NCBI RefSeq assembly: GCF_009914755.1
Contig: NC_060947.1
Origin: the human T2T-CHM13v2.0 reference genome, Homo sapiens
Reading direction: 5' to 3' (one strand)
DNA length: 64,000 nt
Below, in pieces: positions 46,201 through 59,080 of the stretch (position 1 is its first letter; every line of letters starts with the position of its first letter). The position numbers and the translations under genes were made by a program. The notes under the pieces were generated by a model. That model was not told the DNA's origin. It made no database searches and worked only from the letters and a program-made list of their open reading frames with translations.

Positions 46201-46494
46201 CTAGGCTGGAATGTCCCACAAGCTCCTCAGACCCACCACAGCCAAAACTGCACTGACATTTCTCCTGTACCCACACCCCATCTCAAAATCCTCCTTCTCC
46301 CAGAAGCCTCATCCCCCACAGTTACTCTCCCATCTACTACATCCCTGGGTGGTATATCTTGCATTCCTTTCTCTTCCCCCTGCAACACCTTGAGGGTCTT
46401 CAGTCCTACCCACTCACATTTCTTCAATCTCCCTCCTCTTTTTCTCCTTCCTCAGTGATCCTTCCCCCTGGGGTCTTCTTCTTCTCCTTCTTCT

Positions 46495-46858
46495 TTAGTT
46501 TTATTTTAATTAATACATAATAATTTTGCATATTTATGGGGTGTAGTGATGTTTCCATACATGTATACATTGTGCAGTGATCAAATCAGTGTAATTCACA
46601 TAACCATCATTGAAGCATTTATCATTTCTCTGTGGTGGGGACATTCAAAATCCTCTCTTCTAGATATTTTGCAAGATACACTACATGATTGTTAACTGCA
46701 TGGCCTTGCTGCACAGTAGCACACCAGAACTTACTCCTCCTGTCTAATTGTAACATAGTTACAGTTGGAACAACTTCTCCACATCTCCCCTCCCCAGCCT
46801 GTGGGAGCCATTGTTCTACTCTCTACTTCTATAAGATCAACTTTTTTAGATTCTTCAT
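46495..46858 (-). mobile_element. L1MA-like 3' end
   Basis: catatttatggggt...catacatgtatacattgtgcagtgatcaaatcag...caactttttagattc. Confidence 0.75.
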
Positions 46859-48202
46859 CTCATATCTCTACTTTTGTCTTCTCCCCTCACATTTATCTTC
46901 CACACTGCCATGGGAAGGGCCCATGGCCCATCCCCTGCTCAAAATCCTTCTATGGTTTCCCATGGCCTACGGTATCAAGGCCAAATTCCTGATCCTAACA
47001 TGCAGGGGCCCCCACAGTGGGAACAACTATCTGTTGAACTTCACCCTTTACTTTCCCAGCCACTCCCTCTAGCCAATCTGGCCTCCTTGCTGTCCTTCTA
47101 AGGTACCTTTCAATGCCTTGAACTCCTGTCTTTGGCATACTCCATCCCATCCCCACACTCCTCTACACCCTTGGAATACTCTCCTTCTTCCCAACCACCT
47201 GTTCTGAATGTCCATCCCAAATGTCACCTTCTCGGTGAAGCCTTCCTGTCCTCTCCTGTTGAAAGTACTCTTGGCTGTGTTGAGACTGCAGCAGTGTAAT
47301 ATGGAGATCGGACAGACCATGAGATTTGGAGACAAAACTGAGCCATGGGACATCTGAGAAGGCCCTTTAATCACTCTACCTCAGTGTCCTTCCTTATAAA
47401 ATGCAGCCATGAATACCTCTCCCCTGGGTTGTGTGAGGGTGGAATAAGAGGCAGCAGGCAAACCTTGGCACACAGTGAACAGGCCTTGGGAGAGCCCATC
47501 ACCTCTTCCCAGGGGCACTCCATGTCCACAGCCCTCTGCGCCACAGCACACTGCCAAGGACTGTTCTACCACCCCCGACCCCTGAGATTGTTTCTCTATC
47601 TTTGCTTTCTTCCTAGCCCAGCATGCAGTAGTCCTCAGAAATCCCTGAGGGAGGAAAGTCCTGACAGGAAACCTTTCTGGGCAGCCTCAGTTTGGGGCCT
47701 GATGGTAGAGATTTTCCCCAGTCTTAACGAGTGAGGCCTGCATCATTGTATTGTACAGGTCAAGGTGGGTTGTTCTGGTTCCACTGAGCACTGAGGACTC
47801 CAGGAGTAACAAGCCCCCATCCTTCGTTGGCTGGAGAGGCTGTCATGACATGGTCATCTCCCCTAAGAAAGGGAACTTGGCCTGAGAAGCACTGGGCTCT
47901 GGGAGCAAGGCATGTGAGCTCTGGTCACAGAAAACCTGTTCTTAGAGGAGACCTGGATACCTTGTTCCTGGATTTATCAACTATCAGGTTTCTTAGCTTT
48001 TCTCCCCTGGGCCATGGGTCCAAGAACCAATGGAGCATTTCTGGGTTTGAGCAATCTGTACTTCCCTCTGTTCTTCCCCCCAGCCTGATCAAAGCTCTTG
48101 GACCTTACTCTCCTGTTCCTTTAACAGCAAGTTTAGGAGCATGGTCATGGGGGCTAGAGTGCCCAGACAATCCAGCTGAGCCCAACAAGACAGAGAATAA
48201 GC

Positions 48203-48245
48203 ATAACCTTATATGTGATTGAGAATAACCTTATATGTGATTGAG
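48203..48245. repeat. 22-bp-period perfect tandem duplication
   Basis: ataaccttatatgtgattgag at 48203-48223 and 48225-48245. Confidence 0.9.
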
Positions 48246-51200
48246 TCATCAGTCACAAATCACACTCCCTGATTCAGAGACTCTCAGAGTAGCAGTGCTA
48301 GGGCAGTTCCATATACCTTTCTCCTTGCATTGCAGCTGGGCAGACTGAAGTCCAGAGAGGGTGAGGGACTGATTCAGATCACACAGCAAGACAGCAGTGG
48401 AACCCAGACCTCCAGACTCCCAGCCCAGGGCCATTTTTCCCACACCTAGGACTCTATCTGAGAAAGTGATGGTAACTGGTAGGAGAAGCTGGGGGTGGGG
48501 GCTGCAGGAGGCAGGAACTTGAGGGGAGGAATGTGGGACTGGAAGGTGGAGGGGAAGCAAAGCCCCCAGCGCTGAGTGGCGGCCCACCCTGGAGACATCA
48601 GCCCAGCTATCACACGGCTTCCTCTGCTGAGGATTAGCACAAACATCCCCCAGCTGTGGCCCTCCCTGCTGGCCAGCTGTGCAGGCTTTGGGTGGCGCGC
48701 CCCAGATGCAGGAGGCCCCAGGCTGGAGGCTGGACTTTCTCTCTTGTGACGTTGTGTGCTCTCCCGGCATCCAGAGGGCATGGGCCAGCCTCTGGCTCAT
48801 CTCTGCTGTCAGGCCCGGTGAAGGACAGTCAACACTCCTGACTGATCAAAGGCACTCCCACCCTCTGGCCCCAGGAGTGCCGGGGCCGAAGGGGAGTGGG
48901 AGAGCTCAGATGCCGTCCTGTCATGCTTTGAAGTCCCCAATGCATTCTGGGGTAGAACTTGCTGTGGAGTGAGACCTCTGGAACACAAACTTAACAAAAA
49001 TTCCTGACATGTGTTATGATGGAGGCAGGAGAGCCGAGTCCTGACACCCTTGGCCAGACCTTTCACCTCTCTGAGCCTTGCCCTTTCCAACTGGGCCAGG
49101 AGGGGACTGGATTCTGCAGAGTAAAGGCCAGGCCAGCTTGCCATCCCGTGACTCTGTGAGTTTCTCTTTCTTCTCTCAGAGGCCAGGTGGGCAGGGTGGC
49201 CCAGAAAAGGCTTATGGGCAGGAATAGAGGTAGTCTGGCACCAAGGACAGGGTGCGTGGGATAGCTGTGTGTGGGGGCTATTTATTCATTCATTTATTCA
49301 TTCATCCATCCATGGAGCACCTACTGCATTCCTTAGCCCAAGGACTTGGAAATCGGGCACCCTAACATGCTGCTCCACTACTCAAGGGACCTATTAATAG
49401 ATTCTGAACTGGCTCCTCCCCTCACCGTGCATTGCCTCTGTTCTAGAGCTAGGATGGGCACACTGGTTTGTGACTTTTAGCCATCAGGGGCCATATCCAG
49501 CAGGGGTTTTGGTTGAATCTGAGTCCAGCTAAGTTAAACCAAAAATAGATTTACTGGAAAGCTTTGGGATGGCTCACAGTCTTGTTGGGGAAGGGGGAGA
49601 ACCAACCTCAGAGAAAGGGAAGGCACCCAACGAGGCAGGGAAGTATGTTACAGAACCAAGGGACAGTCAAGCTCATACACTACTTCCGGGACTGCTTCTC
49701 CTCACCTGACCCCTCCCAGTGGACCCTGACATTGGGAATCATTTCTGAAATGCTTCTTTTCATGAGGAGTATCTGGCTGTCTGTCAGGGGGCTTCAGGAG
49801 GGAGCTCTTTGAGCTTCTGGCCTTCCCCCCTCCCTCCCTGAACTCTCTCCAGCTACTGCAGCCTATGCCCAAGCTGATATTGTTTTCTAACTGACCAAGC
49901 TCTTTGGCTTCTCCAAATGCCCCAGCCAGCCCTGGGCTTTCTGAACTCACTATATCTCCAAATAACTTCTTTTTCCCCTCCATGTATGTCCTTTAGGGTC
50001 ACAACGAAAGGGGCCAACACAGACATCTCCCTCACTGGTCTTGATCATTTTGTGCCTGGCCCCAGCCTAATTTAAAGCCCTGTAAACTAGTACATGTCGT
50101 GACCTCAGGGTAAAGGTGAAACCCCCTGCCATCTGCTGAGGGGGTAGGGGGGGCACCTGCTGGAGGAATGGTACAGTCCAGACCCATGATTGCCCCAGGA
50201 GAATCAGCCAGAGGCAAGCCAGTCTGCTCAAAGCCCTGGAGGCTGAGAGGTCTGGTGGCAGCCTGTCAAGGAGCCAACCGTGCAGGGGGCTGGCCAGGCT
50301 GGATGTGGGAACCACACTGGAGACTTATTGGCGCAGATCCCTCTCATAGCTATGCTACAAGCCCTCTTATCAGATGCAAAGGGGATCTTCTGTTCTCCAC
50401 AAGGGCAATGTCCTACCAAGGTGGGGGTAAAACTGGCCTTGGGAAATTAGAGACATTACGTGACTTGCTGAAGGTTATGTAGATGATAATGAGCAGAGCT
50501 GCAACTCCCCAGTCCTCAGTCAGCAACAAAGCACTCTAGCAAAGACCACATTGTACCAGCTCCCCCAGATAGCTTTCAGGAGCCCCCAGCTCCCCCGCCA
50601 GCCACCTGCCTCAGGCCTTAACTACTTCATTAGAACCACAGTGTGTCCAAGCTTGAAGAGACCTCAGAGGTCAGTAGCCTAGCCCTCCCCTCACACACAC
50701 ATATGCATACACACACAAGTACACCATTACAGCTGGAAAATTGAGGCTTGGGGAGGGAAAGGAGAATGCCAAAGATTGGCAAGCAGGTTGATGGGTCTAG
50801 AAGCCAGATCCCTGGGCTCCTCTGGCAGCCATGGTTCTGTGTACAAGCCTGGCTACATTCCTGTCCTTATCTTACAACCTAGCCGCAACAGCTATTCCTA
50901 CCTGTCCTCTTTTCTCCCTGTCCTCGAGCTTTGCATTCAGGGCCGAACCTACTGCTGGAGAAGTCCCCGCCTTCCACCCGAGCACCCATGGATCAGCTGG
51001 TGCCCCTACAGCTATCCTGGTGGAAGAGCCACCCCACTTCTGGCCCACTTCCTTCTCTTTTAATAGCATGTGTGAAGAAGAAGCTGTTGGTGCCAAAAAG
51101 ATTCCAAGAAAATAGGTAGGCCCAGGCCAGGCAGCCCAAGCTGCTAATGCAAAGAGGCAGCTCCTACCCTTCCATCAAAGCCCTGGAATCCAGAACTGCA

Positions 51201-51729
51201 AAGGCCCCAGGGAGGAAGTAAAAGGAAGCTGAGTTGCTAAGTGGCCTGCCCCCATCCTCCACCCCACTGCAGATGCCTGGCTGGCTGGACAGGAGGGCAC
51301 TAGCAGAGGAATGATGATAACCATCCCTCCCATCTGGACGGCCCTTTCACACACCACTAACAGGCTTCCCTCCCCTTCTCTTGTCCCAGCCACACAAAAG
51401 GCTTGGTAATTATCCCCAGTAGCCAGATGGAGGCTCAGAGAAGACAAGAAACCTGCCTGAGGTTGCACAGCTAGTTGGTGGTGGTATTAAGCACAATTTG
51501 CAATCCAGGAATCCATGTCCCGTGCATATTCCCCTTAGCTTTCACCTGGCTTACAAACCCAGGCCTTGGACTCCTGGATCTCTGCCCCAGCCAGAGGGCA
51601 AAGAGGATAGGGCACCCAGGCTGGGAGGGACTGTAATAGAAGAGGGTTTAAGATGGGGGAGGGCACTGAGGACCAATATGACAGAAAAAAGCAAGTCTAC
51701 CCCTGTCCCAAGTTTCCCTCATTGCCCTC

Positions 51730-51960
51730 TCGACTGAAGAACTTTCTTTAGCTTTTCTTTTAGAGCAGATCTGCTGGAAACACATTCTCTTAGTTTTTCT
51801 TCATCTGAGAATGTCTTTACTTCTGCTTCCTTCTTGAATGATATTTTCACTGGATATTGAACTCTCTGGGTTGACAGTTCTTTTCTTCTGGAATTTAAAA
51901 AATACTGTGACACTTCCTCTGGTCTCCATGGTTTCAGGCAAGAAATCCACCATCATTCAT
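51730..51960 (-). mobile_element. Old L1 ORF1 C-terminal fragment
   Basis: Translation RVQYPVKISFKKEAEVKTFSDEEKLRECVSSRSALKEKLKKVL resembles the L1 ORF1p CTD (RILYPAKLSF...IKTFSDKQKLREF). Confidence 0.8.
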
Positions 51961-54900
51961 ACTCAGGTCTCTTCTGACTTCAAGGGCCTGCTCCAAAGGA
52001 GGCCATGCAGGGTAGCAGAAAGAACTCTGGAGGACTGGGAGTTGAGCCACAGCTCCACCACTTCCTATCCATGTGACATCGCATGAGTCCCTCCACCATT
52101 CCCAACCTCAGCTTTTACATTGCTGCTATAAAAGGGTGGGACTGGATTGTCACACTAAAGACCCTGACATTCCCTGGGTCTCTGAGAACTATCCAATTCC
52201 CAGGGGTGCCAAGCTCCTGATGATGAGGAAAGAGACCCCACAGAGACACCCTCTGTCCCTGCTTTCCTTGGGGGATGTGGCTTGAGTCCTGTACTTTTTG
52301 TTCCCTCGACTGACGCCTGCCCTGGCCTCACCTAGCCCATTGAGGCAGGGAGGGTTCTTAGGATGTTTCAGGCTTCCCAACCCAGCTCTCAAATCCTGAG
52401 CAACCAGGGGAACCCTCTCTTTCCCTCTCGTCAGGGCCATTGCAGAGCACTCCTTCAGTGGGCAGGGGGGCAATCTCCAGGACCATCCAATGTCTCTCCC
52501 CATCCTACCCACCCTACAGTACAGTCTGACTGCTGGGCTCTCCCAGACACTGCCATGCTGTTTTCATGCTTCCATTTTGTTCCCTTTGCCTTGGAAATCC
52601 TTTCTCCCTTGTCTACTTGGCAAGGTCTTGCAGAAGCAATACTAGCTCTTTACTTCTCTCTGCCTCAGTTTTCTCATCTGTAAATTAGAGATGACAATAA
52701 TAGTAATAATACCTACCCCATAAAGTCATTGGGAAGATCAAACAAGCTACTCCCTATGAAATCCTTTGAACAGTGGTTGGCCCATAGTAAATATTCAGCA
52801 GACACTAGCTTATTATTACAGTTATCATTAACACTATTATAGTGTGATGGTTAAGTGCACAGACCTTAGAATCAGACTTCCTCTGTACAAATCCCCTGTG
52901 TCAACTTAACCAACTACTTGACCTCTATGTGCTTCAGTATTCTCATCTTTAAAAGGCGGTTAATAATAGCCCCACCTCATAAGGTTGTTATGAGGATCAA
53001 ATGAGACAACACTTTGCACAGAGCCTGACACATAGTAAGCCCTCAAAAAATGTTAGCTGTGATGATAAGGATGCTCATCAACAATTCAGCTTCCTTTCCT
53101 CTTGAGAAAGAGAGGCAGCAGGTACTCTTGGGGAACGTGTCCACTGGAACATGAGCTAGGGAGAGACATCCATGCACCCATGCAACTCTTAGACCACATC
53201 ATGTTCCTGGTTCTGGCTTGTGAGATTCCCCACCTCTGTGACTTCATGTGGCCTGTTCTCTATGCCTAGGTTGCCCTGTCCCCAGGCCAAGTTCCAAGGC
53301 CTCACCTTTGGGAGGCCTCCCACAGTTCCTGCATGTTGACTGAATTCCAGGTTCCTGTAGGACACACCCAACAGGCCATCTGAAGCTCTATCCGATGCTC
53401 CCCAAAGTCTGCTTGGGGTGGAGTTAGTTCTGCACTACAGCCCTTGATTCTAGTCCTGGCTCTGCCCCCTGACTTTCTGTGTGACTTGGGGTCAGTGTCT
53501 TTTCCTTTCTGGGCCTCGTTTTTTTCATCTATAACATGAGAAGTTTGGCTCAAATGGTCTTTAAGGTTTCTCCCAGATGGGTAAATCCTAGCATTACTCA
53601 CCACTGTCATCCCAGGGCTAAGCTAGTCCAGTGCCTGATGTTAAACATTTGATAGGGACTCAGACTGAACTAAAGTGGACTGATTATAGAACCACAGACA
53701 AATGCCTCGACCCAGTCCCTCCCATACCTCCTGTACGTCCTGTCACCCAGGCTTTAGCCATCCTTGGCTGCCCAGCTCCCCAACCTCTGCAACTCAGGGC
53801 TTGAGGACAGAGCCTAGCTGCTGCCTGAAGGCTGGGCTGCTGGGGCCCCAGCAGGAATGTTCCTGGGCTTATTTTGGTCCCTTAAATTAGAAGGCTGGAG
53901 GTTCTAATTTACAACTCCCTGCCTGGAGCGGGAGCCTGGGCTGGGGTGGCCTGCCTCAGCTGCCAAGCATGAACCCCACTCTAGACCACAACCCAGCCTC
54001 AGAGCTGCCTGTGGCCATTCCTGCATAGCAACAGCACAGACAACAAAGGCCCCTTAACCTTCCTCTTCTAGCGGCAACTATAGCAGTGGCTGCTGCTGCC
54101 TTGGGACTCAGCAGGATGAGGTACAGAACAGGGAATGGGCTGGCTAAGTCAAAACACTAGGAAGGCACAGATAGTTCCTGTGCCCACACTGGGCACTCAC
54201 CCTTTGGGCATCTTGGCAAGGCCACAGGGGCTGCCCCCACAGAGCTAGGCCAGACAGAGAAATGTGGCCAATGGAAACTAAGGCCTGGGACCTAGAGGGC
54301 CACTGAGCTTTGAGGGAAGAGCCAGCTGTTTTCCATCTTCACTGAGGACTGAGGGAATAGAAACAGGCAGGAAAAACAGTGAGAAGAACCACTGGTTTCA
54401 AAAGACCAGCTTTCTATCCTAGGCATACTGTGGAGAGGTGACTGGACCTCCAGCCGTCCTCCTTCAATCCACTCTCCAGGCTGCCATCAGAGGTACCTTG
54501 CCAGCAAAGACCTGATCGGATTATTTCTTTAATTAAAACATTTCAATGGCTCCCTATCGCCTACAGGGGAAAATCCAGCCTTTCATTCAAGGAGCTAAGG
54601 CCCTTCACAATGTGGCCCCAGCCTACCTTTCTGCGCCACTCCCAAGGCCTCTCCTACCCCACACACCCTACAATACAGCCACTCTGGCGGCTGGCTTTCC
54701 CCCAGACCTCCCATGCTCTTTCATGCCTCCATTTTATTCCCTCTGCCTGGGAAGTCCTTTCTCCCTTGGCTCCTTAGCAAACTCTTTTTTATGGTTGAAG
54801 CCTCAGCTCAAATATTCCGTATTCAGGTACAAAGGTAACAGTTTCCTCTCTTGTGTTTCCAGTGTTTCCCTCAGACTTTTATTCATTCAAGCAGCATGTA

Positions 54901-55062
54901 TTGGATACCTACTATACAACAAGCATTGTTCTAGGAACCAGGGATACAGTGGCAAAAATGACAAGCCATAGACCCTGCCCTCATGAAACTTCATGTAGAG
55001 GAGACATACAGCAGATCGGTAAGCTGACAAATACATAAGATGATTTGAAATAGTGTTGTGTA

Positions 55063-55232
55063 CAGGGTGTACTGGAAAATGCTGAGTGATCTGCTTAAAG
55101 GAGGGCATCTGCGGCACCTGCTGACTTCTGTGGTGCTGACATTCCCATCATGGCTCATCTCAAGCTGGCAGTGTGAAGTCATTGAATACTGAGTTGGGAA
55201 GAGCCAGTGAAAGCCAGCTCCAGCACATTGGT
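55063..55232. mobile_element. MER63-like hAT element
   Basis: Ends in gccagctccagcacattgg; internal gagttgggaagag; inserted in L2-like sequence. Confidence 0.5.
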
Positions 55233-55429
55233 ACATACTAAAAAGAAAAGAAAACCAGTTAATAGAATAGAGAGCAACTGAGGCACAGACGCGGGGAGTG
55301 TTGCTAAATTCAATTAGGTGCGGGGTGGGGCCAGGGAAGGCCTCTTTGAAGAGGTGACATTTAGGGGATGGCCTGAATGACAAGAGGCCAGTTATGCAAA
55401 GATCTGGGGGAAGCTCTTGGCACTTTTGG

Positions 55430-55835
55430 TTTTTAAAAATACTTTTTCTATTGAGGCATAATTTCCATACATTAAAGTGCACTAATCTTAAGTGTACAGC
55501 TCCATGAATACTTACATATGTATCAGCCTCTGTAACCACCACCTAGGTCGAGATATAGACCATTTTCAGCACTCCAGAAGGCTCTTGTGTGCCTCTTCCC
55601 AATCAGTAATCCCTGTCCCAAGGGAAACTACTATTTTGACTTCTCTCCCTGTAGGTTGGTTCCGCATGTTTTTGAAGTTCATATCCATGGAATATAAATA
55701 TAGCATGCCATAGTATGTTCTTTCTTTATGCTGTATTTCCCTCACTTAACATCACATCTGGGAGAGCCGCCCATGTTGTTACATGTTACATGTGGCCATG
55801 TTCTTTTTCACTGCTGTGTGGTATTCCATTATATG
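55430..55835 (-). mobile_element. Old L1M 3' end
   Basis: tattgaggcataattt...aaagtgcactaatcttaagtgtacagctc...gtattccatt. Confidence 0.7.
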
Positions 55836-58089
55836 ACCCTTTCCTGGTACCTTCCATGTTAATGATGTTTCCCTGTCTGTCTCCTCCTCGGGGCCTGAGA
55901 CAGGGCAGTGTAACACAGCACGAGCAGCTATGAGCTCTGATGTGGGCCCGACCACTGCTGAGCTCAGGGATGTGGAGTCCTCTTCTCTGAACAGGATGTT
56001 CCCTTCTGTCTTTGTATCCGTGAAACAGATAGTGGCAAGCCTTCCTACAGATGTAGCAAAGAGTTAGCAAGATGATCCACAGCAAGCACTTAGTGGAGGC
56101 CCTGGTCTGGAGGGTCTGCTCAAGGGCACCCCAGGTGCCTTCTCCACCCTTGGCCTGTGCATTTGGCAAGCAGCAGGTATAGTTCGTGCATGCATGTGGG
56201 GGAAACACAGCACACATATGATTGTATGTTGTGCTGTGAAATGACTGCCGAGATTGCTTTGGGGATGGTTGGGGTGAGGGACAGGTTTGAGGCACCAGAG
56301 GCACTTCCATTGCTGAGAGTGCCCGGAATGTGAGCTGCCACAGAAAGGTCTTCAGTACCCTCCCCACTAGGCTGGACCAGGATGTATAGAGGGAAAGAAA
56401 GAGGCAAGGGACTTATGACCCCTGCCACAGCGCTTGCACAGGAAGGAGTGCAGAGCATTCTTGCTGGGGTCTCTGCTCCCTCCCTGCACTCCGCTTCAAT
56501 TTACAGTTGCATGAACTTAGGTTTGGAGAAGTAAGGTCAATTTCACATAGCCTAGAAAGTGTTGGAGGAGAGATTCAAACCTAGGTGTGTTTAACTGAAA
56601 GCCAGTGGGTTGAGGGCATCTTGTGAGACCTTGAGGGTGCTGACCCAGCCTCAAGGAGACAGAATAGCTGGGCAAGCAGGCTGGGCTCTGGCCTGGAGGA
56701 AGGCCTTGGGCCTGGTGCTGCCAACTGCAGAAGGGCTGTCTGGGGAGCCCCTACCAACACATCCCACATAATGGGGCTCACCTAGGCATCACATCCTCTT
56801 TTTTCTCCCTTTACTCCCGAGAGGAGACAGTAAGCAGTGGAAGAGGAGTGCCTAAAAAGAAACACGTGTCCTCAGCATTCCAACTACAGCTCCCTGCCTG
56901 CCCACTCCCCTGCACCTCCCCCTCACTTCCCCACCAGCCCCTGCCCGTGAGCAGCCTTGTCCTTGGTGCTGCCACCTCTGGCTCTCCCCATACCTCCAAT
57001 TTGTTTCCAGAGGCCTTGAAGGCCAATCTTTCTTCATGACAGAGCCTCGTCCTTCAGCCTCTCATTATCTCTCTCTTTCCCTGGCTCCTGGGAGCCCCAG
57101 GCCAGGGAGGGAGAGTGATGGGGTGGGGACACAAGAACATGTGGCTCCCAGTCCTGACTCTGCCACAGATTCCCTGCATGCCATTGGGTCAGTCCCTTCT
57201 CTTTTCTGGCCTCTTTCCCTATCTGTGCAATGAGCCAATCTCCAAGGGCCTTGTCAGCCTTGCGTTTCTCACCAGGCAGCAGAGACTCATTGCCCTAATG
57301 GAGAGAAGCAGAATGAACTCCAGCTCGAGGTCAAGAGCAGACCTGGAGGCAGAGAGGAGGCCAACTGGACTGTGTTCAAAATGGAGGGCTGATTCAGGAA
57401 TAACGGCATAAAGAGGCTGGGATCTGCTCACCCTGGGCCCCTTTTCCTGTGACTGCTCCCTCAATATGCGTTCAACAAGTCACTATGGAGCAGTAGCTCT
57501 GGACCAGGCAATGAGTTAGGTGCAGCAAACCCTTGGTTCCTCACTTTGGCCTTACAATTCCAGCCATAGCTTCTACTTCTCTTCCCTACAGACATGGAGG
57601 AATTTGGGGCCTGATCATCCAAGGCCACACAGAGAATTAAAACCGAAAACTGGGCTCAAATTCTCATCTCCTAACCACCACTACCTCCCCACACCTTGTC
57701 AAAATTTTTCTCCCTAGAATCCTAGACTCACTGTCTGATCCGGAAGGCACTTTAATCATGCCTAAGAGCCTGGAGATTTATAAAGGAAGCTGTAACTGGG
57801 AAGAATCCGGCCTGCTGGGAAGCTGCTTCTCCCAGGTACCCACAAGCAAGATACATGGCTTCACTCCTCTGTGCCCCCACAGTATTTCGTTTCCCCATGT
57901 AGGCACATCAGTGGGTGCAGGTTGCCCCCTTTCATCATTTACTCACATGCTTGTCTCTGGCACTGAGCAGAGCCTGTGTCTCCTCTATCTCCGTATCTCC
58001 CAGGCCTGGGCCAGGCAGACATGGGGAAGCAATTCAGTGGGTGCCCGTGGTGTGGAATTGACCATGTTGCTCCTGAAACACAGTTTCTT

Positions 58090-58123
58090 TTTCTCTCTTT
58101 CTTTTTTCTTTCTTTCTTTCTTT

Positions 58124-58159
<36 letters not shown>

Positions 58160-58539
58160 TGTCTTTTTCTTTCTCTCTCTCTCTTTCTTTCTTCTTTCTT
58201 TCTCTTACCCTCTCTCTCTTTCTCCCCTTCCTTCCTTCCTTCCTTGCTTCCTTCCTTTTTTGAGACAGGGTCTTGCTCTATTACCCCAAGTGGAGTGGAG
58301 TGGTGCCATCTTGGCTCATTGCATCGTTGACCTCCCGAGCTCAAGTGATCCTCCCACCTCAGCCTCCCACTTTTCGGGACTACAGGCACACACCACCACA
58401 GCCAGGTAACTTTGTATTTTTAGTAGACAGGGTTTTACCATGTTGCCCAGGCTGGTCTTGAACTCCTGGCCTCAAGCAATCTACCTGCCTCAGCCTCCCA
58501 AAGTGCTGGGATTCCAGGCGTGAGCCACTGCGCCCAGCC
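58090..58539 (-). mobile_element. AluJ-like element with an expanded (CTTT/CCTT)n tail, partly exonized
   Basis: Alu body 58261-58539; ~170-bp pyrimidine tail; degenerate TSD cctgaaacacagtttctt / cctgaaatgtagtttctt. Confidence 0.9.
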
Positions 58540-58947
58540 CCTGAAATGTAGTTTCTTCTGTGCCTGCCCTCAGTGAGTGAGCTCTGGAGACAGGTGCTCT
58601 GGATTTGTGCAGTGGTTCTGTCACTAAGCCCAACTTTCACAGTGACTTAACCTTTCTGTGCCTTGCTTTCCTACTGGTAAAATATCAGCAATTACAGTAC
58701 TGATTCATGGGGTTGCTGTGATGCACCCCAAATAGTGTCTGGTACATAGTAAATGTTCAGTATTTATTACCACTATTACTACTGCTCCCAACCCTACTAC
58801 TGCACTCACTACTACTACCGTTTTAACTTAAGGATGTATGAAGCTATTTCCTAGATAGGCTTCCAGAAGTCGATATTCCTCATATATGATTGCCAGCCTA
58901 AAGGCTGTGAACTAGCCTCCTCTTCTCCAATTTTCTCATGCCTAGGA

Positions 58948-59080
58948 CTCACCTGGGGATCTCATTAAAATGCAGGTTCTGATTCAGCAGATCTAGGGTG
59001 GGGCTAGAGACCCTGCACTTCTAACGAGCTCCCAGGTAGTACTGACACTGCTGGTCCAGGGACCACACTTTCTATAGCAG
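58948..59080. mobile_element. MER5A-like hAT element
   Basis: cacctgggga..ttaaaatgcaggttctgattcagcagatct...gctcccaggt...ggaccacacttt. Confidence 0.8.

Noticed and set aside
57758-58389. Unspliced 190-aa Phe/Leu/Ser-rich ORF and the antisense Lys/Glu/Arg-rich ORF
   Set aside because: Read-through of the stop-free (CTTT)n tract; only the first 26 codons belong to the spliced model.
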